Source: Pseudomonadota bacterium (GTDB taxonomy: Bacteria; Pseudomonadota; Gammaproteobacteria; Pseudomonadales; Oleiphilaceae). Taken from it: 64,000 nucleotides of DNA. The notes under the pieces were generated by a model, which was not told where the DNA came from, made no database searches, and saw only the letters and a list, made by a program, of their open reading frames with translations. The DNA is taken from positions 37,812 through 101,811 of the forward strand of contig PDPE01000031.1 in assembly GCA_002747395.1 (NCBI GenBank), written 5' to 3'. Within the stretch, counting starts at the first letter, position 1, and each line of letters begins with the position of its first letter. A program made the position numbers and the translations under genes. Below, piece after piece: positions 52,914-62,655 of the stretch.

Positions 52914-54035
52914 CTATTTCGCGACAGTTTTGGTGCCATCCGAATGCCACTCATAGACGACGAAGTCAAAGGATTTCAGGTCGCCCTTGTCATCGAACCC
53001 GATTTTTCCGGTAGGTGTATCAAACTCCATGGAGCGCATCGCCTTTTGCATGGCTTCGGTGTCGGTTCCACCCGTTTTCTTCATCGCGTCTGCCATGACC
53101 TTTACTGCCGAGTAGGCAGTCATCACGAATGCGCCGGAAGGATCCTGTTTCTTGGCTTTGAAGGCTTCTACCAGGTCCTTGTTTTCGGGTAGCTGGTCAA
53201 AGCTGGGTGGCAAGGTCACCATGAGCCCTTCGGATGCTTCACCGGCGATGGTGCTGATATCCTTGTTACCCACGCCTTCCGGCCCCATGAAGCCGGCTTT
53301 CAGGCCTTGCTCTGATGCCTGGCGAAGAATCAGGCCGAGCTCGGGGTGGTAGCCACCATAATAAACAAAGTCAACGTTCGCTTTTTTCATTTTGGCGATC
53401 AGGGATGAAAAGTCTTTATCTCCTGCGGTTACCCCCTCGTACATCACCACATTGACGCCTTTGCTTTCAACGGTTTTCTTGACCGAGCTGGCGATGCCTT
53501 CACCGTATTGTTGCTTGTCGTGGATGATAGCGAGGTTTTCGGGTTTGATCTTGTCAGCAATGTAGTTGCCGGCGGTGGGGCCCTGATGGCTGTCCAGGCC
53601 GATGGTGCGGAAGATCATCTTGTAGCCGCGTGTGGTGATATCGGGGCTGGTTGAGGCCACTGTGATCATGATGATGCCTTCATCTTCGTAGACGTCCGAA
53701 GCAGGCTGGGTAGAGCTCGAACACAGGTGTCCCACGACAAATTGCACACCATCGTTGACAATTTTATTTGCAACAGCCACGGCCTGCTTGGGGTCGCAGG
53801 CATCATCATAGATAACACCTTTCAGTTTTTTGCCATTCACTCCGCCAGCTTCGTTAATTTTCTCGATAGCCATTTGGGCGCCAATCAGTTGCATGTCACC
53901 GTATTGGGCGACCGGCCCTGTTACCGGCCCTGCCAGGGCAATTTTGATATCCTCGGCATTGACTGCAGCGGCACCTGTTGCCAGCGCTATTGATGCGGTG
54001 ATTCCGAGCAGTCTCTTTTTCATAGTCTTCATCAT
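52914..54035 (-). CDS. livJ: Leu/Ile/Val-binding periplasmic protein (LivJ/LivK/BraC type)
   Basis: Signal peptide ending AAAVNA, then EDIKIALAGPVTGPVAQYGDMQ...VVGHLCSSST. Which of the three N-terminal Met codons is used is unresolved. Confidence 0.9.
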   Translation of the reverse strand: MMKTMKKRLLGITASIALATGAAAVNAEDIKIALAGPVTGPVAQYGDMQLIGAQMAIEKINEAGGVNGKKLKGVIYDDACDPKQAVAVANKIVNDGVQFVVGHLCSSSTQPASDVYEDEGIIMITVASTSPDITTRGYKMIFRTIGLDSHQGPTAGNYIADKIKPENLAIIHDKQQYGEGIASSVKKTVESKGVNVVMYEGVTAGDKDFSSLIAKMKKANVDFVYYGGYHPELGLILRQASEQGLKAGFMGPEGVGNKDISTIAGEASEGLMVTLPPSFDQLPENKDLVEAFKAKKQDPSGAFVMTAYSAVKVMADAMKKTGGTDTEAMQKAMRSMEFDTPTGKIGFDDKGDLKSFDFVVYEWHSDGTKTVAK

Positions 54036-54060
54036 TATGTATCCATTTAATCAGTGAACG

Positions 54061-54175
54061 GGGTTAACCCATGTGGACTTGAGTACTATCGTTTTTAACG
54101 ATTATTATTGTTAACGATTATCGTTATTAATCATTGTTGTTAACCGTTACTTACAACCGGTGTTTTTAACCACCA
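54061..54175. repeat. Cluster of (G/T)TTAAC cores and a 16-bp-spaced TAACGATTAT duplication upstream of livJ
   Basis: GTTAAC at 54063, 54110 and 54139; TTTAAC at 54094 and 54165; TAACGATTAT at 54096 and 54112; palindrome GGGTTAACCC at 54061. Confidence 0.7.
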
Positions 54176-54780
54176 GGCGCCTTTAGCCACTAGTGGGTCA
54201 GATTCGTCTGTTTGCCGATTTACAGTACCAGAATGACTTGTTGAGTGTTTCCGTACCACTAACCGGCATTGGTTGTGAATACTACAAAGATTATTCCAAA
54301 TTGAAAAGAGCCGTATCGGGAAAAGTGCGTGAGTGCGGACTTTACAAGTGATTTTGCCGTCTTATTGTGTGCTTTATTGGTGATATATCGGTTTGGTTGT
54401 GTGCTGATAAGCCTGCCTGGATCGACTCTAGTCCAAAAGGAGTGGGTTTTATTTATGATTAACCGTGGTAGACTGCAACGTAAAAGATAAAATCAATCTG
54501 CCTCACGATGTAAGGGCAGGAGCTGAAACCTGCAATATCAGCGACAAAATAAGAAAAATACAGCACACATAACCAACACACACATAGAAAATCAGGCAGG
54601 CATTTACTGTTTCCGGGAGATCGTATCCGAATTTCGGGGGATTGTACCCGAGGGGCTTTGTTTGAGATGCCTTGTTTGAAAGATAACTATCTCTGGTCGG
54701 GTCTTGCTGTTTACCAGGGTTCGGGTGGCGTGTGTCTGTGTCCAGGTTTGTCCAATCGGTATGACTTAAAGGAGAGTGAA

Positions 54781-57441
54781 ATGCGCGAGGATGTAGATCC
54801 TGTCGAAACCCGGGAATGGCTGGAAGCAATCGAGTCGGTTATTAAACATGAGGGGATTGAAAGAGCGGCTTATTTGCTGGGCCGTCTTTCTGAACGGGCA
54901 ACACGAGATGGTACCCGGTTACCGTATTCTGTGACGACTCCTTACAGAAACACCATTCCCGTTGCCAAAGAAGCCAGAATGCCTGGCGATCTTTTTATGG
55001 AGCGTCGAATCCGCTCCCTGATTCGCTGGAATGCGCTCGCAATGGTGTTACGGGCAAACAAGCGGCCCGGTGATCTGGGTGGTCACATCTCTTCCTTTGC
55101 TTCCATTGCCACAATTATTGATGTCGGATTTAACTATTTCTTCAAGGCCGGGCAGGATGGCGGTGAGCCTGACCTGGTGTATTTCCAGGGCCATTCCTCT
55201 CCCGGTATTTATGCGCGTTCCTTTCTGGAAGGGCGCTTGAATGAAGAGCAGCTCGACAGCTTTCGCAATGAAGTGGGCGGAGAAGGTTTGCCCTCCTATC
55301 CTCACCCCTGGTTAATGCCTGACTACTGGCAGTTCCCGACTGTTTCAATGGGGCTTGGCCCCCTGCAGGCAATTTACCAGGCGCATGTTATGAAGTACCT
55401 GCACAGCCGGGAACTCATTAACATGGGTAACAGAAAAGTCTGGTGCTTTGTCGGTGACGGGGAAACGGACGAGCCCGAGACACTCGGCTCCATTGCTCTT
55501 GCGGGGCGGGAAAAGCTGGATAATCTGGTGTTTGTGGTTAACTGTAATTTACAGAGACTGGATGGCCCCGTTCGAGGCAATGGCAAAATTATTCAGGAGC
55601 TGGAGGGTGTGTTTCGGGGAGCCGGCTGGAATGTAATCAAGGTGGTCTGGGGCCGCATGTGGGATCCGCTCTTTGACAAGGATACCTCGGGAGCGATGCA
55701 GCGAGCCATGGACGAGTTTGTCGATGGCGAGATGCAGAACTTCAAAAGTAACGGAGCTGCCTACACCCGCAAACACTTTTTTGGCAAATCCCCCGAGCTC
55801 GCCAAAATGGCCGAGCATCTGACCGATGATGACATTTCCAGATTGAACCGGGGCGGTCACGACCCCTACAAGGTGTATGCGGCTTTCCATGAGGCGGTGA
55901 ATCATACCGGCCAGCCAACAGTGGTATTGGCGCATACCATCAAGGGTTACGGGTTTGGGGATGCAGGAGAGGCGCAAAATGCCACGCATTCGCTTAAAAA
56001 ACTCGATATCGAAACACTGAAAGATTTCAGAGATCGGTTCGGTATTCCGTTGAATGATGACGAGCTGGAGGAGGCGCCTTACTATCGGCCGTCTCCGGAT
56101 AGTCCTGAAGCACTTTACATGAAGAAAAAGCGGGAAGAACTGGGTGGTTTTTACCCGAGACGCCGCAAGCACAGCCAGCCAATTCAGGTGCCCGAGCTGT
56201 CGGCATTTGACGCCCTGCTGCAAGGCTCGGGCGAACGGGAAATTTCAACGACCATGGCCTTTGTCCGGTTGCTTTCCGGTTTGACCAGGGACAAGCAGAT
56301 TGGCAAGCGAATTGTACCCATAGTGCCGGACGAGGCGAGAACCTTCGGGATGGAAGGTATGTTTCGCCAGTTGGGAATCTATACTGCCCAGGGGCAGAAA
56401 TATGTGCCCAATGACCGTAATCAGGTCATGTATTACCGGGAGGATAAAAACGGCCAGATTCTGGAAGAAGGAATTAACGAGGCGGGCGCCATGTCGGCCT
56501 GGATTGCCTGTGCCACCTCCTACAGCACCAATGATTATCCGATGATCCCGTTTTATGTGTTCTACTCCATGTTTGGTTTCCAGCGAGTCGGAGACCTTGC
56601 CTGGGCAGCCGGTGATATGCGAGCGAGAGGCTTCCTGATAGGTGGAACATCGGGCCGAACAACATTGAATGGAGAGGGTTTGCAGCACCAGGATGGTCAC
56701 AGTCACATTCTGGCTGGCACTGTGCCCAACTGCCTGTCTTATGATCCTGCCTACGGGTACGAGATTACCGTGATCGTGCAGGATGGCATGCGCCGTATGT
56801 ATCAGGAAAATGAGAGTGTTTACTATTACATTACCGTGATGAACGAAAACTACGTGCAGCCTGCCATGCCTGACGGGGTTACAGAGGGCATTCTGAAAGG
56901 GATGTATGAACTTGATCAGGTGCGTACTGAAAAACCGGATGAAAACCGGCATGTTCAGCTTCTTGGCAGTGGTGCCATTCTGAACGAGGTTCGCGCCGCT
57001 GCCGAACTGTTAAAAAATGATTATGACATTTCTTCTGATGTGTGGAGTGTAACCAGCTTTAATGAACTGGCCAGAAATGGTCAGCATGTCCGGAGGTGGA
57101 ATCTGTTGCATCCTGAAGAAACACCCAGGGAATCTTACATCACTGAATGTCTGAAATCCCGGCCCGGCCCGGTAATCGCGTCTACCGACTATGTGAAGCT
57201 TTACGGAGAACAGGTGAGAGCCTTTGTGCCCGCAGACTATACCGTATTGGGAACGGACGGGTTTGGTCGCAGCGACACCAGGGAGAAGCTGCGCAGCTTT
57301 TTTGAAATTGACCGTTACTATGTTGTGGTGGCCGCTTTGGAGGCGCTGGCAAACCGGGGTGAGCTGGAATCTTCAGTGGTCGTTGATGCATTGCGAAAAT
57401 ACGATATTGATCGCAATAAGCCTAACCCTGCAACCTGTTAA
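54781..57441 (+). CDS. aceE: Pyruvate dehydrogenase E1 component (homodimeric type)
   Basis: ATG at 54781 after an AAAGGAG SD (MREDVDPVETREWLEAIESV). ThDP motif GDGETDEPE. The track ORF from 54658 is over-extended. Confidence 0.96.
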   Translation: MREDVDPVETREWLEAIESVIKHEGIERAAYLLGRLSERATRDGTRLPYSVTTPYRNTIPVAKEARMPGDLFMERRIRSLIRWNALAMVLRANKRPGDLGGHISSFASIATIIDVGFNYFFKAGQDGGEPDLVYFQGHSSPGIYARSFLEGRLNEEQLDSFRNEVGGEGLPSYPHPWLMPDYWQFPTVSMGLGPLQAIYQAHVMKYLHSRELINMGNRKVWCFVGDGETDEPETLGSIALAGREKLDNLVFVVNCNLQRLDGPVRGNGKIIQELEGVFRGAGWNVIKVVWGRMWDPLFDKDTSGAMQRAMDEFVDGEMQNFKSNGAAYTRKHFFGKSPELAKMAEHLTDDDISRLNRGGHDPYKVYAAFHEAVNHTGQPTVVLAHTIKGYGFGDAGEAQNATHSLKKLDIETLKDFRDRFGIPLNDDELEEAPYYRPSPDSPEALYMKKKREELGGFYPRRRKHSQPIQVPELSAFDALLQGSGEREISTTMAFVRLLSGLTRDKQIGKRIVPIVPDEARTFGMEGMFRQLGIYTAQGQKYVPNDRNQVMYYREDKNGQILEEGINEAGAMSAWIACATSYSTNDYPMIPFYVFYSMFGFQRVGDLAWAAGDMRARGFLIGGTSGRTTLNGEGLQHQDGHSHILAGTVPNCLSYDPAYGYEITVIVQDGMRRMYQENESVYYYITVMNENYVQPAMPDGVTEGILKGMYELDQVRTEKPDENRHVQLLGSGAILNEVRAAAELLKNDYDISSDVWSVTSFNELARNGQHVRRWNLLHPEETPRESYITECLKSRPGPVIASTDYVKLYGEQVRAFVPADYTVLGTDGFGRSDTREKLRSFFEIDRYYVVVAALEALANRGELESSVVVDALRKYDIDRNKPNPATC

Positions 57442-57456
57442 TGTGAGGATCTGAAA

Positions 57457-59088
57457 ATGAGTAGCAAAGAAATCAGGGTTCCTGACATTGGTGGTTCCAG
57501 TGATGTTGAGGTCATCGAGTTATGTGTTTCGGTGGGAGACAGACTTGAAGTGGACGATCCCATTGTAGTGCTTGAATCGGATAAGGCGTCAATGGAGGTA
57601 CCGGCGCCCGAGTCCGGTACGGTTCTGGAAGTAACGGTGGCTGTTGGCGACAAGGTGGATGAAAACAGTCTGTTGCTGTTGATTGAGCCGGAAAATCAAA
57701 ATGATTCTGCTGCGCCGAAAGTGAGTGAATTGCCTCGGGCCGAGGGGGCATCGCAGGAGCCACTCGCTCCCGCTTCTGATGATGCCGCAGTGACTGCCGG
57801 AGGAGTAACCGGTTCCGAACCGGTTGTTGTGCCGGATATCGGCTCCGATTCTGCGGTAGTGGTTGAGCTGTCTGTCGCTGTGGGTGATGAAGTGAGTGTG
57901 GACGACCCGCTGATTGTACTCGAATCAGACAAGGCAACGATGGAGGTGCCGTCTCCGATACAGGGGACGGTCACCCGGATTCATCTGGCTGTCAATGACA
58001 AGGTTGGCATGGGGGATTTGATACTGGATGTTGAAACGACTGTCGAAGCAGAAGCAACCCCGGTCGGCGCAGAAAAAACTGAAAACGGCTCAGCCGGGGA
58101 AGCGACCACAATACCCGCAGCCGCCGGGGCGCCGAAATCGGATAAACCCGACACTCGGCCTGCCGACCTCACCGGAAGCGATACCAGTGTGCATGCAGGG
58201 CCGGCAGTCCGACGTTTGGCCAGAGAGTTTGGCGTTGACCTGGCCAGAGTGAAGGGGAGTGGCCCCAAACAGCGGATTCTCAAGGAGGATGTGCAACAGT
58301 TCGTCAAGGCGGCGCTGAAATCGACTGCGGTTGAGGGTGGTGCTGTCGGGTCTGGTATTCCTGCTGTCGCCCTGCCGGACTTCAGTCAGTTCGGCCCCGT
58401 GGTCAGAAGGCCAATGACCAGGATTCATAAACTGACAGCAGACAGTATGCATCGCTCCTGGTTGAATGTACCCCATGTGACCCAGTTCGACGAGGCTGAT
58501 ATTACTGACATGGAGTCTTTCAGAAAAGCCAACAAGGCAATGGCGGAGATCCGCGGGGTGAAACTGACCCCGATTCCCTTTTTGCTGAAAGCCTGTGCTC
58601 ACGTTCTCAAAGCAATGCCGCAATTCAATGTGTCGCTGGATATGGACAAAAAAGAGGTGATTGAAAAGTCCTATATTCATATTGGCCTCGCCGTGGATAC
58701 GCCGGATGGTCTGGTGGTGCCGGTGATTCGGGATGTTGATAAAAAAGGCATCTGGGAGCTGGGCAGTGACATGGCAATACTGGCTAAAAAAGCACAGGAG
58801 AAAAAACTGTTGCCCGCCGAGATGCAGGGTGGCTGCTTCACCATTTCCAGCCTGGGTGGTATAGGCGGAACCGCCTTTACGCCAATAGTGAATACGCCGG
58901 AAGTCGCCATACTGGGCGTATCGAAAGCGTCAATCAAGCCGGTCTGGAATGGCAGTGAATTTGCGCCCAGACTGATGCTGCCTCTGTCGCTGTCCTACGA
59001 TCATCGAGCCGTCAATGGTGCCGATGCGGCGCGTTTCACTGCCATGCTTGGTTCGTTACTGGGAGACTTGAGGAATCTCCTGTTGTAA
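57457..59088 (+). CDS. aceF: Dihydrolipoamide acetyltransferase E2 (two lipoyl domains)
   Basis: Two lipoyl motifs (LESDKASMEVPAP and LESDKATMEVPSP), an E3-binding domain (GPAVRRLAREFGVDL) and the catalytic DHRAVNGADAARF. Confidence 0.96.
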   Translation: MSSKEIRVPDIGGSSDVEVIELCVSVGDRLEVDDPIVVLESDKASMEVPAPESGTVLEVTVAVGDKVDENSLLLLIEPENQNDSAAPKVSELPRAEGASQEPLAPASDDAAVTAGGVTGSEPVVVPDIGSDSAVVVELSVAVGDEVSVDDPLIVLESDKATMEVPSPIQGTVTRIHLAVNDKVGMGDLILDVETTVEAEATPVGAEKTENGSAGEATTIPAAAGAPKSDKPDTRPADLTGSDTSVHAGPAVRRLAREFGVDLARVKGSGPKQRILKEDVQQFVKAALKSTAVEGGAVGSGIPAVALPDFSQFGPVVRRPMTRIHKLTADSMHRSWLNVPHVTQFDEADITDMESFRKANKAMAEIRGVKLTPIPFLLKACAHVLKAMPQFNVSLDMDKKEVIEKSYIHIGLAVDTPDGLVVPVIRDVDKKGIWELGSDMAILAKKAQEKKLLPAEMQGGCFTISSLGGIGGTAFTPIVNTPEVAILGVSKASIKPVWNGSEFAPRLMLPLSLSYDHRAVNGADAARFTAMLGSLLGDLRNLLL

Positions 59089-59142
59089 GTGGCGATATTA
59101 AGTGGCGTTGCAAGTGGCTGGTCCGGTTTGTCGAGAGCGCGT

Positions 59143-59167
59143 AAAACCCCGTACTTTCAGTGCGGGG
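59143..59167 (-). terminator. Hairpin plus short T-run downstream of menE (minus strand)
   Basis: CCCCGTACT-TTC-AGTGCGGGG. On the minus strand it is followed by TTTTA. Confidence 0.45.
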
Positions 59168-59240
59168 AGTATGCCTGAAAAAGACTGGAACTGAAAAAGA
59201 CTGAAACAGGGTGCCCGGAACCTGTAACGCCAGTGAGGCA

Positions 59241-60659
59241 TCAGCCAGCGGTTTTTGCCTGAGAGGCGGCGTGGCGTCGGCAGGCAGACCGATCGGGCTT
59301 GATGCCTGTTCCGTCCAGCCAGGGATAGATTGCAACGGGAATTTTAAAGCCGGGCAGTTGCTGTCTCAGCTCCTTTTGCAGTGCCCTGAGGCTGACAGCC
59401 TGTTCCGCCTCGATAAAAACCACCGGCCTGAATCCGTATGTCCGGTCTGGTTGTGGTACGACCAGGCTTCTTTTCACACCTTCCATCCGATTGATGAAGT
59501 ATTCAATTTCTTCAGGCTGGATGTTCTCCCCGCCACTGATAAACTGATTGTCTTTCCTGCCGGTAATGTCCAGCCGATCACCCTGCATAATGCCCAGGTC
59601 TCCCGTTGCGAACCAGCCGTCATTATCCAGTGGCAAATCAAGCTGGCCATTGTCCGTCAGGTAGCCCTGAAAAAGTGTATCGCCTTTTACCAGTATTTCG
59701 TTAGCCTGGTTCAGTTTCAGTTGTCGATGCGTGAGAAGGTGGCCGTGACCATCCGGGGAATGCGTATAAACCTGCGAACACATTTCGGTCAGGCCATAGG
59801 TGTGCCAGCAGTGCAGACCCGCCTTTCGGGCCCGATCAAGTAAGGTGCAGCTGACCGGGCCTCCGCCAATCAACAGGTGTTTCAGTGAGTGTGGTGCACC
59901 CTGATCAAGTAACCGGCCGAGTTGAACGGCAACCAGGGAAACATGGGATATCCCGAGCCGGTCAATATCCTCAAACAGACCATTGTGCTGGCTGAGTACC
60001 ACAGTGGCACCGGCCATCAGGCAGCGAAACAGGATGGAGAACCCGCCGATATGAAAAACCGGCAGAGACAGCAGATTGCGATCACCCTCGCCCAGTGGAA
60101 TCAGGGCGTTGGCACCGGAAGCACTGCAATAGTGCTGTCTGTAGCCGAGTGCTGCGGCTTTGGGCAGACCGGTCGAGCCGGAGGTGAGAATCAGGCTGCA
60201 TGGTATCAGGGGTGAAAACGCGGCAGGGGTCGGGGTTGTCCCGTATCGGGGTGTTGAACGATTCAGCAAGGCCTGCCGGATCATGTTTTCACTGATTTGT
60301 TGATGGTTATTGGCACTTTCTCCAACCAGCCAGGCGGCTCCTGTGGCAAGCCTGACTCTATTCTGTTGCCTGTCCGGAAATTTGGGGTTGATCGGGCTGA
60401 CGATTGCGCCCGTCCGCATCAGGCCGAGCAATGACAGAATCAGCGTCAGCGTATTGGGCAGCGCGAGCTGGACAACTTCACCGGGTCGTATGCCAATCTC
60501 TGCAAAATAATCGGCCAATAGCTGCACCTGCTTTTCAAGTTCCACAAAGGTGAGCTTCTGTTCTCCGGAGAGAATGGCCGTCCTGTCCGGGAACAGATTT
60601 GCTGCTCTGTGTACCAGGCAGGGAATGCTGTTGTCGTGCAAGTGACTAACTCCTTTCAA
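59241..60659 (-). CDS. menE: o-Succinylbenzoate-CoA ligase
   Basis: AMP-binding motif LILTSGSTGLPKAA. Position after menC. The TTG start at 60659 overlaps the menC stop; an alternative TTG at 60641 is possible. Confidence 0.85.
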   Translation of the reverse strand: MKGVSHLHDNSIPCLVHRAANLFPDRTAILSGEQKLTFVELEKQVQLLADYFAEIGIRPGEVVQLALPNTLTLILSLLGLMRTGAIVSPINPKFPDRQQNRVRLATGAAWLVGESANNHQQISENMIRQALLNRSTPRYGTTPTPAAFSPLIPCSLILTSGSTGLPKAAALGYRQHYCSASGANALIPLGEGDRNLLSLPVFHIGGFSILFRCLMAGATVVLSQHNGLFEDIDRLGISHVSLVAVQLGRLLDQGAPHSLKHLLIGGGPVSCTLLDRARKAGLHCWHTYGLTEMCSQVYTHSPDGHGHLLTHRQLKLNQANEILVKGDTLFQGYLTDNGQLDLPLDNDGWFATGDLGIMQGDRLDITGRKDNQFISGGENIQPEEIEYFINRMEGVKRSLVVPQPDRTYGFRPVVFIEAEQAVSLRALQKELRQQLPGFKIPVAIYPWLDGTGIKPDRSACRRHAASQAKTAG

Positions 60660-61701
60660 CGTCTGATTTTATCAGGCCATAGTCTGCCACTTTTTCCAGA
60701 TGAGAGGCATCTGCCAATGGTCTGGGTGGCAGGTTGGCGGGAAGTCGGCAGGGTTCGATCAGATCACAGGTATTGTCTTGGAAAGTACCCAGCCCGGGTG
60801 GTGAATCTGGTGTCAGTCGGGTGGCCATATCGTAAAGAAAGTTAAGCGTCAGGCTACTTTCATAGGAAGAACTGATAATCGCCCTGACACCGTTCTGGCG
60901 TGCCTGTCTGACTAAATCCAGGCTGCGGCCGAGCCCGATCAGCATGGGCTTGACCACGATGGCTGACAGGCCGGGGCAGGGCCTGATGGAAAAATCCGGG
61001 TGTTGTACCTGTTCATCAAAAGCAAAGCCGGGCCACTGCGCTGTCTGCCAGTGTCGGTAGCCGGATCTGTCTTTCAGGGGTTCTTCTATAAATTCAATCT
61101 GTTCACGAGGGACGAGAGAAAAAAAGTGACTGACCTGATCCAGTGTCCAGCACTGATTGGCATCCAGTCTAATGGTTTTTTCCGGGCCAGACTGCTCAAG
61201 TAACGAGCCAACCCGGTCAATATCCCCGTTTAGTGGCAGTCTGCCCACTTTGATTTTAACCACCGGATTCATCTGGTAGTTTTGTGGATGATCAATGGGC
61301 CCGGTGATCAGCCCGGCAACAGGTAAAACCGGAGCGGGAGGGCTGGCGGTGTCTGTGCTCAATTCCGTGCCGGAATCAAATAGCCGGAACAGACCCATTT
61401 CCAGCCCGAATTGAACGGAGGGATAGAGCCTGCCTATCACCAGTTTGTTTCTGTCTTCAAAGCCGGACAGTTTTGTCAGGTCTGTAACCCGGGTATCCAG
61501 AAACCCGACAAGCTGGTTTTGAGCCTCGCATAGCGACTCCCTGCTGAAACCGGGTAACGGGCAAACCTCGCTCCACAGCTCTCCCTTGCCGGTGTGCCAT
61601 TGCAATAGCAGTCCCTCCCGGTATGGCACCGAGCCGGCATCAGGAATGAGCGGGCGAGTGAGTGCAAAGCGGTAGCGAAAGAGTGTAACACCATCAAGCA
61701 T
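60646..61701 (-). CDS. menC: o-Succinylbenzoate synthase (enolase superfamily)
   Basis: Position between menB and menE. Contains IRLDANQCW and FIEEPL metal-ligand motifs. Confidence 0.85.
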   Translation of the reverse strand: MLDGVTLFRYRFALTRPLIPDAGSVPYREGLLLQWHTGKGELWSEVCPLPGFSRESLCEAQNQLVGFLDTRVTDLTKLSGFEDRNKLVIGRLYPSVQFGLEMGLFRLFDSGTELSTDTASPPAPVLPVAGLITGPIDHPQNYQMNPVVKIKVGRLPLNGDIDRVGSLLEQSGPEKTIRLDANQCWTLDQVSHFFSLVPREQIEFIEEPLKDRSGYRHWQTAQWPGFAFDEQVQHPDFSIRPCPGLSAIVVKPMLIGLGRSLDLVRQARQNGVRAIISSSYESSLTLNFLYDMATRLTPDSPPGLGTFQDNTCDLIEPCRLPANLPPRPLADASHLEKVADYGLIKSDVERS

Positions 61702-61768
61702 GATTAGTCTTTACCCTGTTAAAATCCGGCCCTGTTCTTTCAGGCAGGGAAGATGACCCGTGCGTACA

Positions 61769-62641
61769 TCAGGGTTGACGTTTGAACCTGCCAAAATCCG
61801 GCTTTCTTTTTTCCAGGTAGGCATCCCGGCCTTCCTGTCCTTCCTCTGTCATATAAAACAGCATGGTGGCATTCCCGGCGAGTTCCTGCAGCCCGGCCTG
61901 GCCGTCGGTGTCGGCATTGAATGCGGATTTCAGGCAGCGTAATGCAAGTGGCGAGTGTTGCAATATCTGCCGGCACCAGTCAACCGTTTCCTGTTCGAGC
62001 TCCTGCAGCGGAACCACTGTGTTGACCAGCCCCATATCAAGCGCCTGTTCTGCATTATACTGGCGGCACAGGAACCAGATTTCCCGGGCTTTTTTCTGTC
62101 CTACCACTCGCGCCATATAACTGGCACCGAAGCCACCGTCAAAGGAGCCGACTTTAGGCCCGGTCTGGCCAAAAACGGCATTATCGGCTGCAATGGTCAG
62201 ATCGCAGACCAGGTGCAGCACATGGCCACCACCGATAGCGTAACCGGCTACCATGGCAATAACCGGCTTCGCGCAGGAGCGGATTGCCTTTTGCAGATCC
62301 AGTACATTCAGGTGATGCGTGCCTTTGCTGTCCTTATAGCCGGCATCGCCGCGCACACGCTGGTCGCCCCCGGAGCAGAAGGCCTGATCGCCCTGTCCGG
62401 TAAACACAATCACGCCGATTTCTTCATCATATCTGGCATCCATAAAAGCCTGCTGCATTTCAATCACGGTTTGTGGGCGAAACGCATTACGCACCTCTGG
62501 CCGGTTGATGGTGATTTTGGCAATCCCCTGCGCTTTGTGGAAATAAATATCTTCGTAGCCGGAGGAGTGATCCGTCCAGTCCAGTGCCGGTCTGATGGTG
62601 GAAATAGATGGATCTGCTTTGCTGGTATCTGACGTGTTCAT
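61769..62641 (-). CDS. menB: 1,4-dihydroxy-2-naphthoyl-CoA synthase
   Basis: Crotonase fold. Contains [35 protein letters not shown] and [13 protein letters not shown]. Confidence 0.96.
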   Translation of the reverse strand: MNTSDTSKADPSISTIRPALDWTDHSSGYEDIYFHKAQGIAKITINRPEVRNAFRPQTVIEMQQAFMDARYDEEIGVIVFTGQGDQAFCSGGDQRVRGDAGYKDSKGTHHLNVLDLQKAIRSCAKPVIAMVAGYAIGGGHVLHLVCDLTIAADNAVFGQTGPKVGSFDGGFGASYMARVVGQKKAREIWFLCRQYNAEQALDMGLVNTVVPLQELEQETVDWCRQILQHSPLALRCLKSAFNADTDGQAGLQELAGNATMLFYMTEEGQEGRDAYLEKRKPDFGRFKRQP

Positions 62642-62655
62642 TCAGGTTTTCCTGG

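Noticed and set aside
54455-54490. 11-codon basic mini-ORF (MINRGRLQRKR) with an AAGGAG box upstream.
   Set aside because: The SD-to-ATG spacing is about 13 nt, which is long. The ORF is too short to evaluate from sequence alone. It is mentioned only within the aceE-upstream finding.
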